Assembly (NCBI GenBank): GCA_036510575.1
Contig: DATCDR010000115.1
Location: forward strand, 1 to 61,486
Length of the DNA: 61,486 bases
Source of the DNA: Acidimicrobiales bacterium
Lineage (GTDB): Bacteria; Actinomycetota; Acidimicrobiia; Acidimicrobiales; Bog-793
Direction: 5' to 3'
Made by a program: the position numbers and the translations under genes. Below are positions 10,207 to 19,781 of this stretch, one piece after another. How positions within the stretch are numbered: the stretch's first letter is position 1; every line of letters starts with the position of its first letter. The notes under the pieces are model-generated. The model had not been told where the DNA came from and ran no database searches. It was given only the letters and a program-made list of their open reading frames with translations.

Positions 10207-11154
10207 CTAGAGCTGTCGGCCGTCGCGGAGAAAGCGCTCGATCTCCTCGGTCAAGCCTTCGGTCGAGAGCTCTGCTCCGATGACCTCTTCCATCTCCTCG
10301 ATGCGTGCAACGTACTCTGCAACGTTGTCGTCCTCTGCGACGAGCTCGTCCATCCGCTCCTCGTACTCGGCTGCCTCCGCCGAGATCTCCTCTTCGTCGA
10401 TGTCGCGCTCGACGAGCCTCGCAGCGACGCGCACAAGCGCGAGCGCCGCCTTCGGCGACGTAGGAAGCGAGTAGCACGGGACGCTCGCCCATACCGACAT
10501 TGAGGGGATGCCCGCCTCACCGAGCGCCGCGGACAACACCCCGACAATGCCCGTCGGTCCCTCGTAGAGCGACGGCGAGAGACCGTGGTGCTCAGCGAGC
10601 CTCGGATCCGACGAGGTCGCGTTCACCGGGACAGGACGCCCGTGCGTGACTTCGCTGAGGTAGGCACCGAGCGTGATGACGAGCTCGATCCCGAGTAGTT
10701 CAACAAGCTCGACCATCGCGTCGGTGTAGGTCCGCCAACGAAGGTGCGGTTCAGGGCCGCGAACGATCACAACGTCAGGTCCGCCGGTGGTCGATCGCGC
10801 GATCGAGAAACTCGTTGCGGGCCACAAGATGCGGCGAGTCGTGCCATCGATCAAGGAGACCTCGGGACGAACCTCCGTGAAATCAAAGAACTCGTCCGGA
10901 TCGATCTCGGCGAACGGGAGCGCCTCCCACTGCCGCGCGAGGTAGCCAGCGGCGTACGACGCTGCTTCGCCGGCATCATTCCAGCCCTCGAAGGCGGCGA
11001 TCAGAATCGGGTTCCTCAGCTTTGGGGCGTCGGCGTCCGAAAGCATCCTCGGGCTCTGGCTTCGACGCACGAACGGAAGCTGTGAGAGCTCCCGCCTGCC
11101 TCCAGAACTACCGCCGTTTGACCGGATGTTCATCGCATCCTCCTTATCGTCCAA
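10207..11154 (-). CDS. PAC2-family (proteasome assembly chaperone-like) protein
   Basis: NPILIAAFEGWNDAGEAASYAA..., GPTGIVGVL..., acidic C-terminal tail. An alternative Met lies at 11133. Confidence 0.8.
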   Translation of the reverse strand: MDDKEDAMNIRSNGGSSGGRRELSQLPFVRRSQSPRMLSDADAPKLRNPILIAAFEGWNDAGEAASYAAGYLARQWEALPFAEIDPDEFFDFTEVRPEVSLIDGTTRRILWPATSFSIARSTTGGPDVVIVRGPEPHLRWRTYTDAMVELVELLGIELVITLGAYLSEVTHGRPVPVNATSSDPRLAEHHGLSPSLYEGPTGIVGVLSAALGEAGIPSMSVWASVPCYSLPTSPKAALALVRVAARLVERDIDEEEISAEAAEYEERMDELVAEDDNVAEYVARIEEMEEVIGAELSTEGLTEEIERFLRDGRQL

Positions 11155-11212
11155 ATGTTACCGGGCCACGTGGATTCAGACTGGCATAAAGCACCTCAGC
11201 TATCGTGTCGCC

Positions 11213-11653
11213 GTGGGCACCGAGGCGGCGATTGAGCAGGTCACCGCCGTTACCGACGAGCTCGTAAAAGCCTACGAACGGCTCTTGCCGCAGCTGTCGA
11301 GGACTGCCGACGCCGACGAAAAGACGCTGGCACGTGTCGTAACGTCCTCGGCGACCACGCTGCTCATCGCGCGCCAGGGCGGTCAGGTCGTTGGCATGTG
11401 TGCCCTCGTGACGTTTTGCATTCCGACGGGCGTGCGTTCTTGGATCGAAGATGTCGTCGTTGACGAAAGCGCCCGTGGGCAGGGCATCGGATCGGCACTC
11501 GTCGAAGCGGCGGTACGCCTTGCCAGAGATGCAGGAGCACGAAGCGTCGACCTCACCAGTAGACCCGAACGTGCCGAGGCGAACCTTCTCTACCAACGGC
11601 TCGGATTCGACCGCCGCGACACCAATGTGTACCGATTTCAGCTGGATACCTGA
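11213..11653 (+). CDS. GNAT-family N-acetyltransferase
   Basis: IEDVVVDESARGQGIGSALVEAAVRLARDAGARSVDLTS...LYQRLGF (acetyl-CoA binding Q/RxxGxG/A). GTG 11213 is chosen to avoid overlap with the PAC2 gene; the ORF track starts at 11126. Confidence 0.8.
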   Translation: MGTEAAIEQVTAVTDELVKAYERLLPQLSRTADADEKTLARVVTSSATTLLIARQGGQVVGMCALVTFCIPTGVRSWIEDVVVDESARGQGIGSALVEAAVRLARDAGARSVDLTSRPERAEANLLYQRLGFDRRDTNVYRFQLDT

Positions 11654-11830
11654 CGTTGTGGAACGCTGCCGCGAGGTTTGTACAACCCTTCTACAACACC
11701 GATAATTTTCAACACGATGCAGTTCTCCGCGCCAGGAACTGAGCGTGGGAAAGCTGACATCCACGGCCGCTTGCCGCTCGCGACTGCGCATCCAAGCGTC
11801 GACTTGGCGATGCCCGACAATATGTAACCA

Positions 11831-12148
11831 TTGACCATGGCAGTTGTGACCGTGTTTCGAAGCCGCCTTCGCCCAGGCGTAGAAACTGCGTACCGTGAGG
11901 TGGCCGCCGAGATGAGCCGTCTCGTACGGTTGACTGACGGGTTCATCGACGAGAGGTTCTATGAGTCACCCGACGGCGAACGAGTTACCATCGCTCGCTT
12001 CGCGGATCTCGCGAGCGAGCAAGCGTAGGCACAGAATGCTGAGCATCTGCTCGCGCAACGGCGCGGCAGGGACGAGTTCTACTCTTGGTATGACATCTCG
12101 GTTGCAGAGGAGCTGCACAGCCATCGGTACACCGACGAGAAGTCCTGA
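11831..12148 (+). pseudogene. Antibiotic-biosynthesis-monooxygenase (ABM)-like protein interrupted by an in-frame TAG at 12026-12028
   Basis: 65 aa (MTMAVVTVFRSRLRPG...RFADLASEQA*) continue in the same frame as AQNAEHLLAQRRGRDEFYSWYDISVAEELHS..., the expected second half of an ABM domain. Confidence 0.6.
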
Positions 12149-12224
12149 CTCCACGACGCCGCCCCGTGCTCGGCGGTTGCTGTCGTAGCGGTCGAGGCCG
12201 AGTTCTCACCATAACGCGACTCGG

Positions 12225-12776
12225 CTACTGCGACTCGATGTCCCAGGCGTGATGGACACAGTCATGAAGCAGATAACGACCGATCGACTCGATGGTAAAG
12301 ACACTTCCGTTCGACCGGACCCCTGGTCTCGTCCACTCCTCGGCTCGAAGCGCGTCGAAGCGGTCGGCGAGCGTGGCGGCGGCACCCTCCAACTCGAGCG
12401 CCACGGAGTACGACTCCTGGAGGTCGTAACGCTCAACGACAGCTGTCTCGTCTTGATCCCAGTTGGGGAATTGCGGATTCTCTTCGCTTTGCATCAACGA
12501 GACGCGCCAGTCGAAGATTCGGAACACATCGCGGACGTGGCACGCGTACTCAAGCACCGACCAGCGCTCGGGATTCGGGCGAATGCGAGCATCTGCGGTC
12601 GCGAGCTCCGGACGCCAGATCGTCGCGTTCGCCCGCAGGCGGCGCCCCATCTCCTCCCGGGGGAAACTCTCCGCGTCGAATCCGCACTCACGACATGGTC
12701 GCTCGAGTACCCACGTCCAGTCCTTGGAATCCGGCGTGATCGGCATGCCACGAATGTACGTCGTCGCGTACACCAC
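12225..12776 (-). CDS. DinB-like / MDMPI_N-like metal-binding four-helix-bundle protein
   Basis: CRECGFD..., WSVLEYACHVRDVFRIFDWR..., LLHDCVHHAWDI (His-rich DinB-type motifs). Confidence 0.5.
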   Translation of the reverse strand: MVYATTYIRGMPITPDSKDWTWVLERPCRECGFDAESFPREEMGRRLRANATIWRPELATADARIRPNPERWSVLEYACHVRDVFRIFDWRVSLMQSEENPQFPNWDQDETAVVERYDLQESYSVALELEGAAATLADRFDALRAEEWTRPGVRSNGSVFTIESIGRYLLHDCVHHAWDIESQ

Positions 12777-13039
12777 GCTCGCGTCAAAGACTCAAGCGAG
12801 ATCACGGCGGCCGTGTGGCTGCACATTCGGGAGAGCGAATCCCGTTTCCTTCGGCGTCTCTCGCGCGGCGATGTCGGGCAGGCGAGGGCGCAATATAGCG
12901 GTGGCAACGAGCGCGCCGGGCGGTTCCCGCGTAAACAGCGACGAGTCTGGCGGACTCGGTGCTGATACCCACGCAACCAGGACATATACCGGAGAATAAT
13001 CCCTAAAGCGACCGGGAGACTGGGTCGTTAGATCCCCCG

Positions 13040-14137
13040 ATGGAACACACCCGGGGCAGCGACTCCACCGCTACAGCTTCGCCGGGGCAGCGGCTGCCAA
13101 AGAGGTGTCCGGCACGAAAGCGCTTCATCGCGATCGCGGCCCTCGTCTCGTTCCCGCTAATCGGCATGCTTTTTACGACTACCTCGATCGAGGCCACAAT
13201 GCCGGCGACCGCAGCGACCAGGCCGATAGGCCCGGTCGCACTCACCACAGCGACGACGCCCAACCACAACACCCATCACCTAACCGCGGCCGAGAAGCGT
13301 GCCGCCGAACTCCGCCGAAAGGCAGCGGCGCGGCACCGACGCGAGGTGGCAGCGCGGCGTAAGCGAGAAGCGGCCCGTGCCAAGCTGCTCGCGCACACGC
13401 ACAAGACGAAGAAACACGCAGCCACCCCGACGACGCCCGCAGCCGTCGTCCCGCGCGCCTCGGACACGTTAGGGACCGACGCGAACATCTCGCCTGACCC
13501 CAACTTCGTCACCACGTGTCTGCCGACCGACGACTCCATCAACTGCATCACCGAGGAGATCGAGGCCGTGTACAACGCGCAGACCCAAGAAGGGCTGCAG
13601 CCAATACCAATCAACATCGACGCGTTCAGCCAACTCAGCCCCGCTGACCAGATGTTCGTACTTACCGATCTCGAGCGAGTGACGCGTGGCCTTCCTCCGG
13701 TAATGGCGTTGACCGCACAGCTCGACACCGTCTCTGCAAAGGGGGCCGTCCAGATGACGGACCCAGCGTTGAGCGGGTGGAACCTGACCGGCGGAAAGGG
13801 CGCGATCGCTTGGGACAGCAACTGGGCTGGCGGCCTCAATACGGTCGGCTCCGACTATTTCTGGCTGTACTCAGACGGCGAGGGCTACAACATCGACTGC
13901 ACGCCGACCAATCAGAGCGGATGCTGGCAGCACGAGGACAACATCCTGGCACCCATCTCGGGAACCTGTAGTGATCGGGCTGTCCCGCAGATGGTCATGG
14001 GCACAGCAACCGCAACCACTGCAGAGTACGGCCCCTCAGAGGCCGAGATCATCGTTCAAGAGTGCGGCGGACCTCCAAGCGATACCGTCTTCACCTGGTC
14101 CGAGGCAAGGCAGATTCTTGGCATCGCAACGACTTAA
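13040..14137 (+). CDS. Secreted or membrane-anchored hypothetical protein
   Basis: N-terminal TM/signal segment (FIAIAALVSFPLIGMLF), a basic Ala/Arg/Lys-rich linker, then a Cys-containing C-terminal domain (CWQHEDNIL...) vaguely CAP/SCP-like. No firm family. Confidence 0.5.
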   Translation: MEHTRGSDSTATASPGQRLPKRCPARKRFIAIAALVSFPLIGMLFTTTSIEATMPATAATRPIGPVALTTATTPNHNTHHLTAAEKRAAELRRKAAARHRREVAARRKREAARAKLLAHTHKTKKHAATPTTPAAVVPRASDTLGTDANISPDPNFVTTCLPTDDSINCITEEIEAVYNAQTQEGLQPIPINIDAFSQLSPADQMFVLTDLERVTRGLPPVMALTAQLDTVSAKGAVQMTDPALSGWNLTGGKGAIAWDSNWAGGLNTVGSDYFWLYSDGEGYNIDCTPTNQSGCWQHEDNILAPISGTCSDRAVPQMVMGTATATTAEYGPSEAEIIVQECGGPPSDTVFTWSEARQILGIATT

Positions 14138-14279
14138 GCGCCGAGCCTGGATCGGCCGGGCACAGCAAAACCCGAGGCTGGTGGTAAAGATAAGGATCAA
14201 CTAGAGAGTTATTCGAGGCACTGACGGGTGCTGAACCTCTACATGAGGAATATTCTTTATTTGCAGTTTTGCCGTCCAT

Positions 14280-14287
14280 GCCGATAA
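14280..14287 (+). promoter_or_regulatory. GCCGATAA box (identical to the sigma-28/WhiG -10 consensus), 10 nt upstream of the sigma-factor ATG
   Basis: Read directly. No TAAA -35 element at the expected spacing, so promoter status is tentative. Confidence 0.25.
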
Positions 14288-14297
14288 CTTAAGTGCT

Positions 14298-15161
14298 ATG
14301 ACTCAACCGCTGGGCGCTAGGACGACGCCATACGTCGACCGCGACAGCAGGCGCTCAGAGTCAGAAGCAGTTGTCGATATCGCCGCTCTTGAGCGCCTCT
14401 GGGTGCAGTTTTGGAGTCGCCGCGATAGCGAACTCCGAAACCAACTGGTCGTCAACTACAACGGCATCGTCCACACTGTCGCCTCGCGACTACCTGCAAA
14501 CGTGCGATCGAACTGGAGTCTCGACGACCTAAAAAGCTCCGGGGTGCTCGGGCTCATTGAGGCAGTGGACCGGTTCGAAGAGGGCTCGCAGATCTCAGTA
14601 TTCCCGGCCTATGCACAGCAGCGAATTCGGGGTGCTATCTACGACGAGCTCCGACGGCTTGACTGGCTTCCGCGTACGATCCGTCGCCGCGTGATCACCT
14701 ACCGCGTTGCCGTCGATGATCTCTCGAGTGAGCTCGGCAGAATGCCCGACCGCTCCGAGGTCATGAAAGAGATGGGCGTCGACGCCGGTTCTGAGAATGA
14801 CCTCATGCAACAAGTGCAGTCCGCACAACTGACGCACTTTCAGCAGAGCACCGGTGAAGACGATTGGGCAGCTTCGTACCGATCGATCGACCAGCTCGTG
14901 TCGAACGCCGCCGATCAGCCAGAACTCCACCTACTCGAGACTGAACGAATCGACAGTCTTCGAGCAGCCATAACAAAACTCCCGGAACGACAGCGCACGG
15001 TCATCACGCTCCACTTCCTCGGTGGCCTTACGCAAGACGAAATTGGTGCCGTGCTTAGCGTCAGCAACTCGCGCGTCTCTCAGATCGAGAGCTCCGCGAT
15101 CAACGCGTTGCGCCACCTCCTTCGAGATGACATGAACTCCGGGCACCGCGCGTTCGGCTAG
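14298..15161 (+). CDS. Group 3 sigma-70 family factor (FliA/WhiG/SigD-like)
   Basis: Region 2 (LVVNYNGIVHTVASRL, GVLGLIEAVDRFE, FPAYAQQRIRGAIYDELR), region 3, and region 4 (LPERQRTVITLHFLGGLTQDEIGAVLSVSNSRVSQIESSAINALR). Confidence 0.85.
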   Translation: MTQPLGARTTPYVDRDSRRSESEAVVDIAALERLWVQFWSRRDSELRNQLVVNYNGIVHTVASRLPANVRSNWSLDDLKSSGVLGLIEAVDRFEEGSQISVFPAYAQQRIRGAIYDELRRLDWLPRTIRRRVITYRVAVDDLSSELGRMPDRSEVMKEMGVDAGSENDLMQQVQSAQLTHFQQSTGEDDWAASYRSIDQLVSNAADQPELHLLETERIDSLRAAITKLPERQRTVITLHFLGGLTQDEIGAVLSVSNSRVSQIESSAINALRHLLRDDMNSGHRAFG

Positions 15162-15304
15162 ATCCGGGCGCCTGTTCCTCTAGCTCGCCCAGATCTTGGC
15201 GACGCTCACGGCGACGGATCACCTACGCCATCGACTCGCCTTCAGTAGGCGGACGCGCTTCTGACGCACAAGTCCAGAGATCGTTGCAACAACCCCTTAC
15301 GCGA

Positions 15305-15333
15305 TGCTGCGCGCGGGGTTTCCGCGCGCAGCA
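15305..15333. terminator. GC-rich hairpin between the convergent sigma-factor and adhesin genes
   Basis: TGCTGCGCGCGG-GGTTT-CCGCGCGCAGCA, a perfect 12-bp stem. No clear U-tract. Confidence 0.4.
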
Positions 15334-15376
15334 CCATCCTCGGCCGATTGAGTTAGACCCTACGGCCGATTAAGAC

Positions 15377-18352
15377 TCAGCTATGACGTCGCCTGCGGAG
15401 CAACTCCGCACCAAGGGCCATCATCACGATGCCAACTCCCACGGCTGCAAGCACCAAGGGACCACTACCGCCCCAGGGCTCGCCCGTATGCACGGTGGTA
15501 GCCGCCGCAACGGGGGTCGGCGGAGTTGTAGTCGTAGTCGAAGTCGTCCCGGTGCCCGCCTGAGGCTTCGTCGTCGGCTTCTTCACAGCGGTCTTGCCTG
15601 CCAACGCGATCGGATGGCTAGCAGAGGTCACGGTGTCGGTCCCAGGGACGTACTTGATGCCTGAGTAGTTGGTATCAGCGGCACCGGTGCACGAGGTCGG
15701 AAACGTCCCCGGCGAGGCTCCGGTTGCCGTCGTCGAACAAACTGGCGGCGTGGTCAGCGTCTTGTCACTGCCGACGTAGCCAGTCACCGTGTAGGTGACC
15801 GGTGGTGGCGTACTTCCCTGCGGGAATGTCGAACTCGACGAAGTCACCGTGAGCGGCGTCAGCGCCTGCGTGATGTGCACCGTGCCGGGCACGTAGCTGA
15901 TCGTGTAATTCGGTCCGACGGCGCTCATGCACGTTGAGGGATACGAACCGACTGGACTCGTGGACGTCGCCGTGGTCGAACACGTCGGGACGCCGGTCAA
16001 CGAGCTTCCCCCAACCGGAAGGGTGTAGCTCGGTGTGACGGTCGGCGTCGTGCCGTAGGGGACAGTGCTGCTCGATGCGGTTACGACGAGCGGCAGTGGG
16101 GTCACCGTGACGGCGCCTGGCACGTAGGAGATGGCGTAGTTCGTGTCGCTCGCCCCACTACAGACGGTCGGGTATGCCCCCACGACCGGAGCGCCCTGGG
16201 TGTAGTTCGTCGTGCACATAGGGACGGTCGTCAGCGACGAGGGAGTGTCACCGTTCACGAAGCCGGAGTAGCTCGGGGTTATGACCGGAACCGACGCCAG
16301 ATACGGCACCGTGGCACTCGAGGCAGTGATCGTCAGCGGTGCTGGCGCCACTGTCAAGATGCCCGGAACGTACGTGATGACGTAGTTGTGGTCACTCGCA
16401 CCGCTACAGCTCGTCGGATAGGAGCCGCCAGCGGGGGCACCCTCGGTGTAGGTGGTCACACACGTCGGCGGTGTCGTGAGCGACGCGGGCGTGTCGCTGT
16501 TGACGAATCCTGAATAGCTCGGAGTGATCGCGGGCACGGGGGATCCGTACGGAACCGAAAGGCTTGGCGCGGTGATGACGAGTGGCGCTGGCGTGACGCA
16601 CAAGACGCCAGGGACATACGAGATCGAGTAATTCGTATCGACCGCTCCGCTACAGCTTGTCGGGTAAGTCGAGTACGGCGGAGCGCCCTGGGCATACGTC
16701 GTGACACACTTGGGCGACGTCGTTAGCGACGCAGGCGTGTCGCCGTTTACGAACCCGGAGTAACTCGGCGTAATCGTCGGCACCGGCGAGCCATAAGGAA
16801 TTGAACCACTCGAGGCGGTGATGACGAGTGGAGCTGGCGTCACGCTCACGGTGCCCGTCCAATAGACGATCGTGTACCCAGGCGCTACAGCACCGGAGCA
16901 GCTCGTCGTATAGGTCCCTGTCACGGGTGCACCCTGGGTGTAGCTCGAAGTACACACGGGCGGTGTCGCAAGCGTCACGGTCGGAGCCGTCGTGTAGGTG
17001 ATCGTCGGCGGAGCAGAGCCGTAGGTCACCGACGTGCTCGACGGGATGATGACGAGGATGTGCGACCCGCAGATTGTCACCGCGCCGTTCACGTAGCTGA
17101 TCGAGTAGTTACTATCGACCGCTCCCTGGCAGTACGTGACCCACGGGCCCGCGCTTGCAGGAGCGCCCTCGGTGTAGGCAGTGGCGCACGACGGTGGAGT
17201 AGCGAGCGACGCGGGAGTGTCACCGTTTACGAAACCTGAGTAGCTCGGCGTGATCGTCGGCACCGGCGCATTGACATTGACCTGAGGGCTCGACGCGGTA
17301 ATCGTGAGTGGCGCCGGAATTACGGCCAGGACGCCTGGAAGATAGGTAATCACGTAGTTGGAGTCAACGGCCCCCGAACAGCTCGTTACGTAGTGACCAA
17401 CGGAGCTCCACGACGTCGCCGTGGTGGTGCACACCGGTGGGGTCGCAAGCGACGCTGGAGTGTCACCGTTGACGAATCCTGAGTAGCTCGGCGTGATCGT
17501 CGGCACTGTCGAGCCGTAGACCATCGAGGTGCTCGAGGCCTCGATTACGAGGTCCGCCGGCCCAACGGTGGCCTTGCCCTTACCCCAGCTCGAAGCGCAG
17601 TTCGAGTCGCCGTTGTACGACGCCGTCGCGAAGTAATTCCCGGCGAGCGAATGCATGATCGTGCACGTCGCCTGGCCGGCGGAGTTCAGCGTGGATGAAG
17701 CGCAGCTGACCGGCTGACCGTTCGGCCCCGAGACGGTCCAGCTCACAACTCCAGTAGGTGAGACGCCTGGTCCCGTGACTGTCGCGGTAAAGGAAAAACT
17801 GCTCCCAACGACGGTCCCACCAGCGTTACTTGAGACAGAAGTCTCGGTGTCGGCCTGCCCAAGTTGATGACTTCGATCATGGCCAGAGCCGGCCGAACAG
17901 TTACCATCTCCGCCATAGTTCGCAGTAGCGCTGTAGCTCCCGGCGTCGGCCTTGTCGATCGTGCAGCTCGCTTGCCCGTTGGAGAGGTGCGTCGTGGACT
18001 CACACGGCACCGAGTTGCCGAAGGGATCAGCGACGCTCCAGGTCACTTCACCCGTAGGGATTCCTGCCGCGGGATTGTTCGCCGTGACCGTGGCCGTGAA
18101 CGTGATCGTTTGCCCAGCTTGATCACCAAGGGAGTTATCGGCGACTTTCACCGTCGACCCAGCCGGCGAGGCGCCTGCTGCCTCCGTGAGAGCTGGGATC
18201 GAAAAAAGCGCCACCGAGATGAAGAAAAGCCCTGCGAGGCCGCCTATCCGAAAGCTCGACAAGCAGTGCGAAATCCGAAAACTGGCGCTGTGCGACCTCC
18301 GAGAATCTCGTCCCGTCGGTCGCAGTCGCGGCCCGTAAACGTGATGTCGCAT
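15377..18352 (-). CDS. Large cell-surface repeat protein: signal peptide, 2 Ig-like domains, 8 MBG-like repeats, Thr/Pro stalk, sortase-type tripartite C-terminal signal
   Basis: The N-terminal hydrophobic segment ends ALTEAAGA. Ig-like repeats: TFTATVT...GxVxW.V...C...G.A.C. Eight ~80-aa repeats: YGS.VPTITPSYSGFVNGDTPASLTTPP.C.T...G.YPTSCSGA.D.NY.I.YVPG.L.V.PAPL.ITA. C-terminus: TTVHTGEPWGGSG-PLVLAAVGVGIVMMALGAELL-RRRRHS. Confidence 0.85.
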   Translation of the reverse strand: MRHHVYGPRLRPTGRDSRRSHSASFRISHCLSSFRIGGLAGLFFISVALFSIPALTEAAGASPAGSTVKVADNSLGDQAGQTITFTATVTANNPAAGIPTGEVTWSVADPFGNSVPCESTTHLSNGQASCTIDKADAGSYSATANYGGDGNCSAGSGHDRSHQLGQADTETSVSSNAGGTVVGSSFSFTATVTGPGVSPTGVVSWTVSGPNGQPVSCASSTLNSAGQATCTIMHSLAGNYFATASYNGDSNCASSWGKGKATVGPADLVIEASSTSMVYGSTVPTITPSYSGFVNGDTPASLATPPVCTTTATSWSSVGHYVTSCSGAVDSNYVITYLPGVLAVIPAPLTITASSPQVNVNAPVPTITPSYSGFVNGDTPASLATPPSCATAYTEGAPASAGPWVTYCQGAVDSNYSISYVNGAVTICGSHILVIIPSSTSVTYGSAPPTITYTTAPTVTLATPPVCTSSYTQGAPVTGTYTTSCSGAVAPGYTIVYWTGTVSVTPAPLVITASSGSIPYGSPVPTITPSYSGFVNGDTPASLTTSPKCVTTYAQGAPPYSTYPTSCSGAVDTNYSISYVPGVLCVTPAPLVITAPSLSVPYGSPVPAITPSYSGFVNSDTPASLTTPPTCVTTYTEGAPAGGSYPTSCSGASDHNYVITYVPGILTVAPAPLTITASSATVPYLASVPVITPSYSGFVNGDTPSSLTTVPMCTTNYTQGAPVVGAYPTVCSGASDTNYAISYVPGAVTVTPLPLVVTASSSTVPYGTTPTVTPSYTLPVGGSSLTGVPTCSTTATSTSPVGSYPSTCMSAVGPNYTISYVPGTVHITQALTPLTVTSSSSTFPQGSTPPPVTYTVTGYVGSDKTLTTPPVCSTTATGASPGTFPTSCTGAADTNYSGIKYVPGTDTVTSASHPIALAGKTAVKKPTTKPQAGTGTTSTTTTTPPTPVAAATTVHTGEPWGGSGPLVLAAVGVGIVMMALGAELLRRRRHS
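15638..17569 (-). repeat. Tandem array of 8 MBG-like coding repeats (~240-250 nt each) inside the adhesin gene
   Basis: Recurrent DNA stretches (for example GTGTCACCGTT[TG]ACGAA.CC.GAGTA.CTCGG.GT.ATCGTCGGCAC) recur at roughly 250-nt spacing. Confidence 0.8.
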
Positions 18353-18903
18353 GCAGAACTCCTAGTCCACCAGAGGCTGGTCACCCAGAGTCTCTGGTCG
18401 TGTCGGTTATGGACCTGACGTTCTCCGACTGTATGCGCCCGCGAACCGAGAGTGGGTGATCAGACCGTCAGCCACCATCTCGATGAAAGTCAGCACCCAC
18501 AGCAGTTCGCCCGAGGCGTTCCGACCTGAAAATCCGTCCATCCCGTACTGCTAGGGCCGGTTTCGCTGTGGCTCCACGCGGACAAGCGACCAATTAGCGC
18601 CCGCGGTTCAATGCCTCCCTGCAGGCGATAGTAACCACCGTCGGTGAATTGTCAATCTGGCGGCCTCACATAACCCCACTACAGACAGGGTGAAGCTCTT
18701 GCGCCGGGGCGGCTCGACAAGGAAAAAGGCCAGTCCGGGCCGCTGCGATTGATCGCCGCGCGGAGGTCGAGAGCAGACAATCGCGGAGATTTCGGTGATC
18801 AACCGGCGACTCCGACGAGGTGCGAAACGACGGCCGTCAAGAGCGCGCCAGGCGTTGGCTCTCCTGACATATCCACGTCTGACACGCGCTCGACGTAGCT
18901 CTG

Positions 18904-19329
18904 CTACCCCACTGCGATTCGCTCGAGGGCGATGACTGGAATCCGCCTCGAGGTCCGATTCTCGTAGTCATCGAAAACTGGATGCAAAGCCGCCTGACGC
19001 CGGTACAGCTGGTCGCGTTCGTCCCCCTCGAGAACGTGAGCAGTCGCCTCGAAATGATCCTCTCCGACCTCAACCGTGGCCACGCCAGCGGCCAGCAAGT
19101 TCTTGCACCAATCTGGATCCGTGTCCGCACCCTGATGCGACGCGAAAACAATGAAGCGATCACCGTCTGGCAAGAACCGCATCGGGTTCGTGAAGGTCTT
19201 CCCGCTCTTGCGTCCTTTCGTAGTCAGCAACAAGAGCGCGGCGCCTCGGAAATTCTCCTCGTCCACCTGACCACCGTGGGCTCGAAACTCCTCAGCCAGC
19301 AAGCGATTGCGCTCGTTCTGATCGACCAT
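18904..19329 (-). CDS. Deazaflavin (F420)-dependent nitroreductase-family oxidoreductase (DDN-like)
   Basis: MVDQNERNRLLAEEFRAHGG...LLLLTTKGRKSGK..TNP......DGDRFIVFAS.QGADTDPDW..NL.A. ATG 19329 is preceded by GAGGAGG; the ORF track extends to 19416. Confidence 0.8.
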   Translation of the reverse strand: MVDQNERNRLLAEEFRAHGGQVDEENFRGAALLLLTTKGRKSGKTFTNPMRFLPDGDRFIVFASHQGADTDPDWCKNLLAAGVATVEVGEDHFEATAHVLEGDERDQLYRRQAALHPVFDDYENRTSRRIPVIALERIAVG

Positions 19330-19781
19330 CGATACCTCCTCTTCAACGTAAGCCGACACGACCCGGCGGCCAGACAATTTCCGGTTGCATCTTATGAATT
19401 GAGCGCCAGTCGCCACGTGCCCAGTTCCGAACGCGACCTACAGGCCGTCGGTCCCTTGTGCGTACGATCCAAGGACGCTCGAATGCCTACGCGAGCAGAC
19501 GACGTATCTCGCTGACAGCTGGCCCTGTTCGATCGGTGTATCTATCGGTCCTACATGGAGCGATTTTAGACGTAACACCAAAGGTTGAGCTCTCCATGGT
19601 TGCCGAATGGAGAGCATTCTCCGTCGGCCATCAGTGAGAAATACCAGGAACCTCGGATTCGTCTCTCTGATCGCGCGCGCGAATATCGGGCGAGGCGATG
19701 GCGGAGGTAATACAACCGGCAAGCTGGCTACGATTGGGAAGTGGGACATCTCGCGAACGTCGCTCCTGCTCTACGTACGCG

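Noticed and set aside
18353-18903. c-di-GMP or cobalamin riboswitch upstream of the adhesin
   Set aside because: I could not find the conserved GEMM or B12-box cores on either strand by eye. It is left as an unexplained long leader only.
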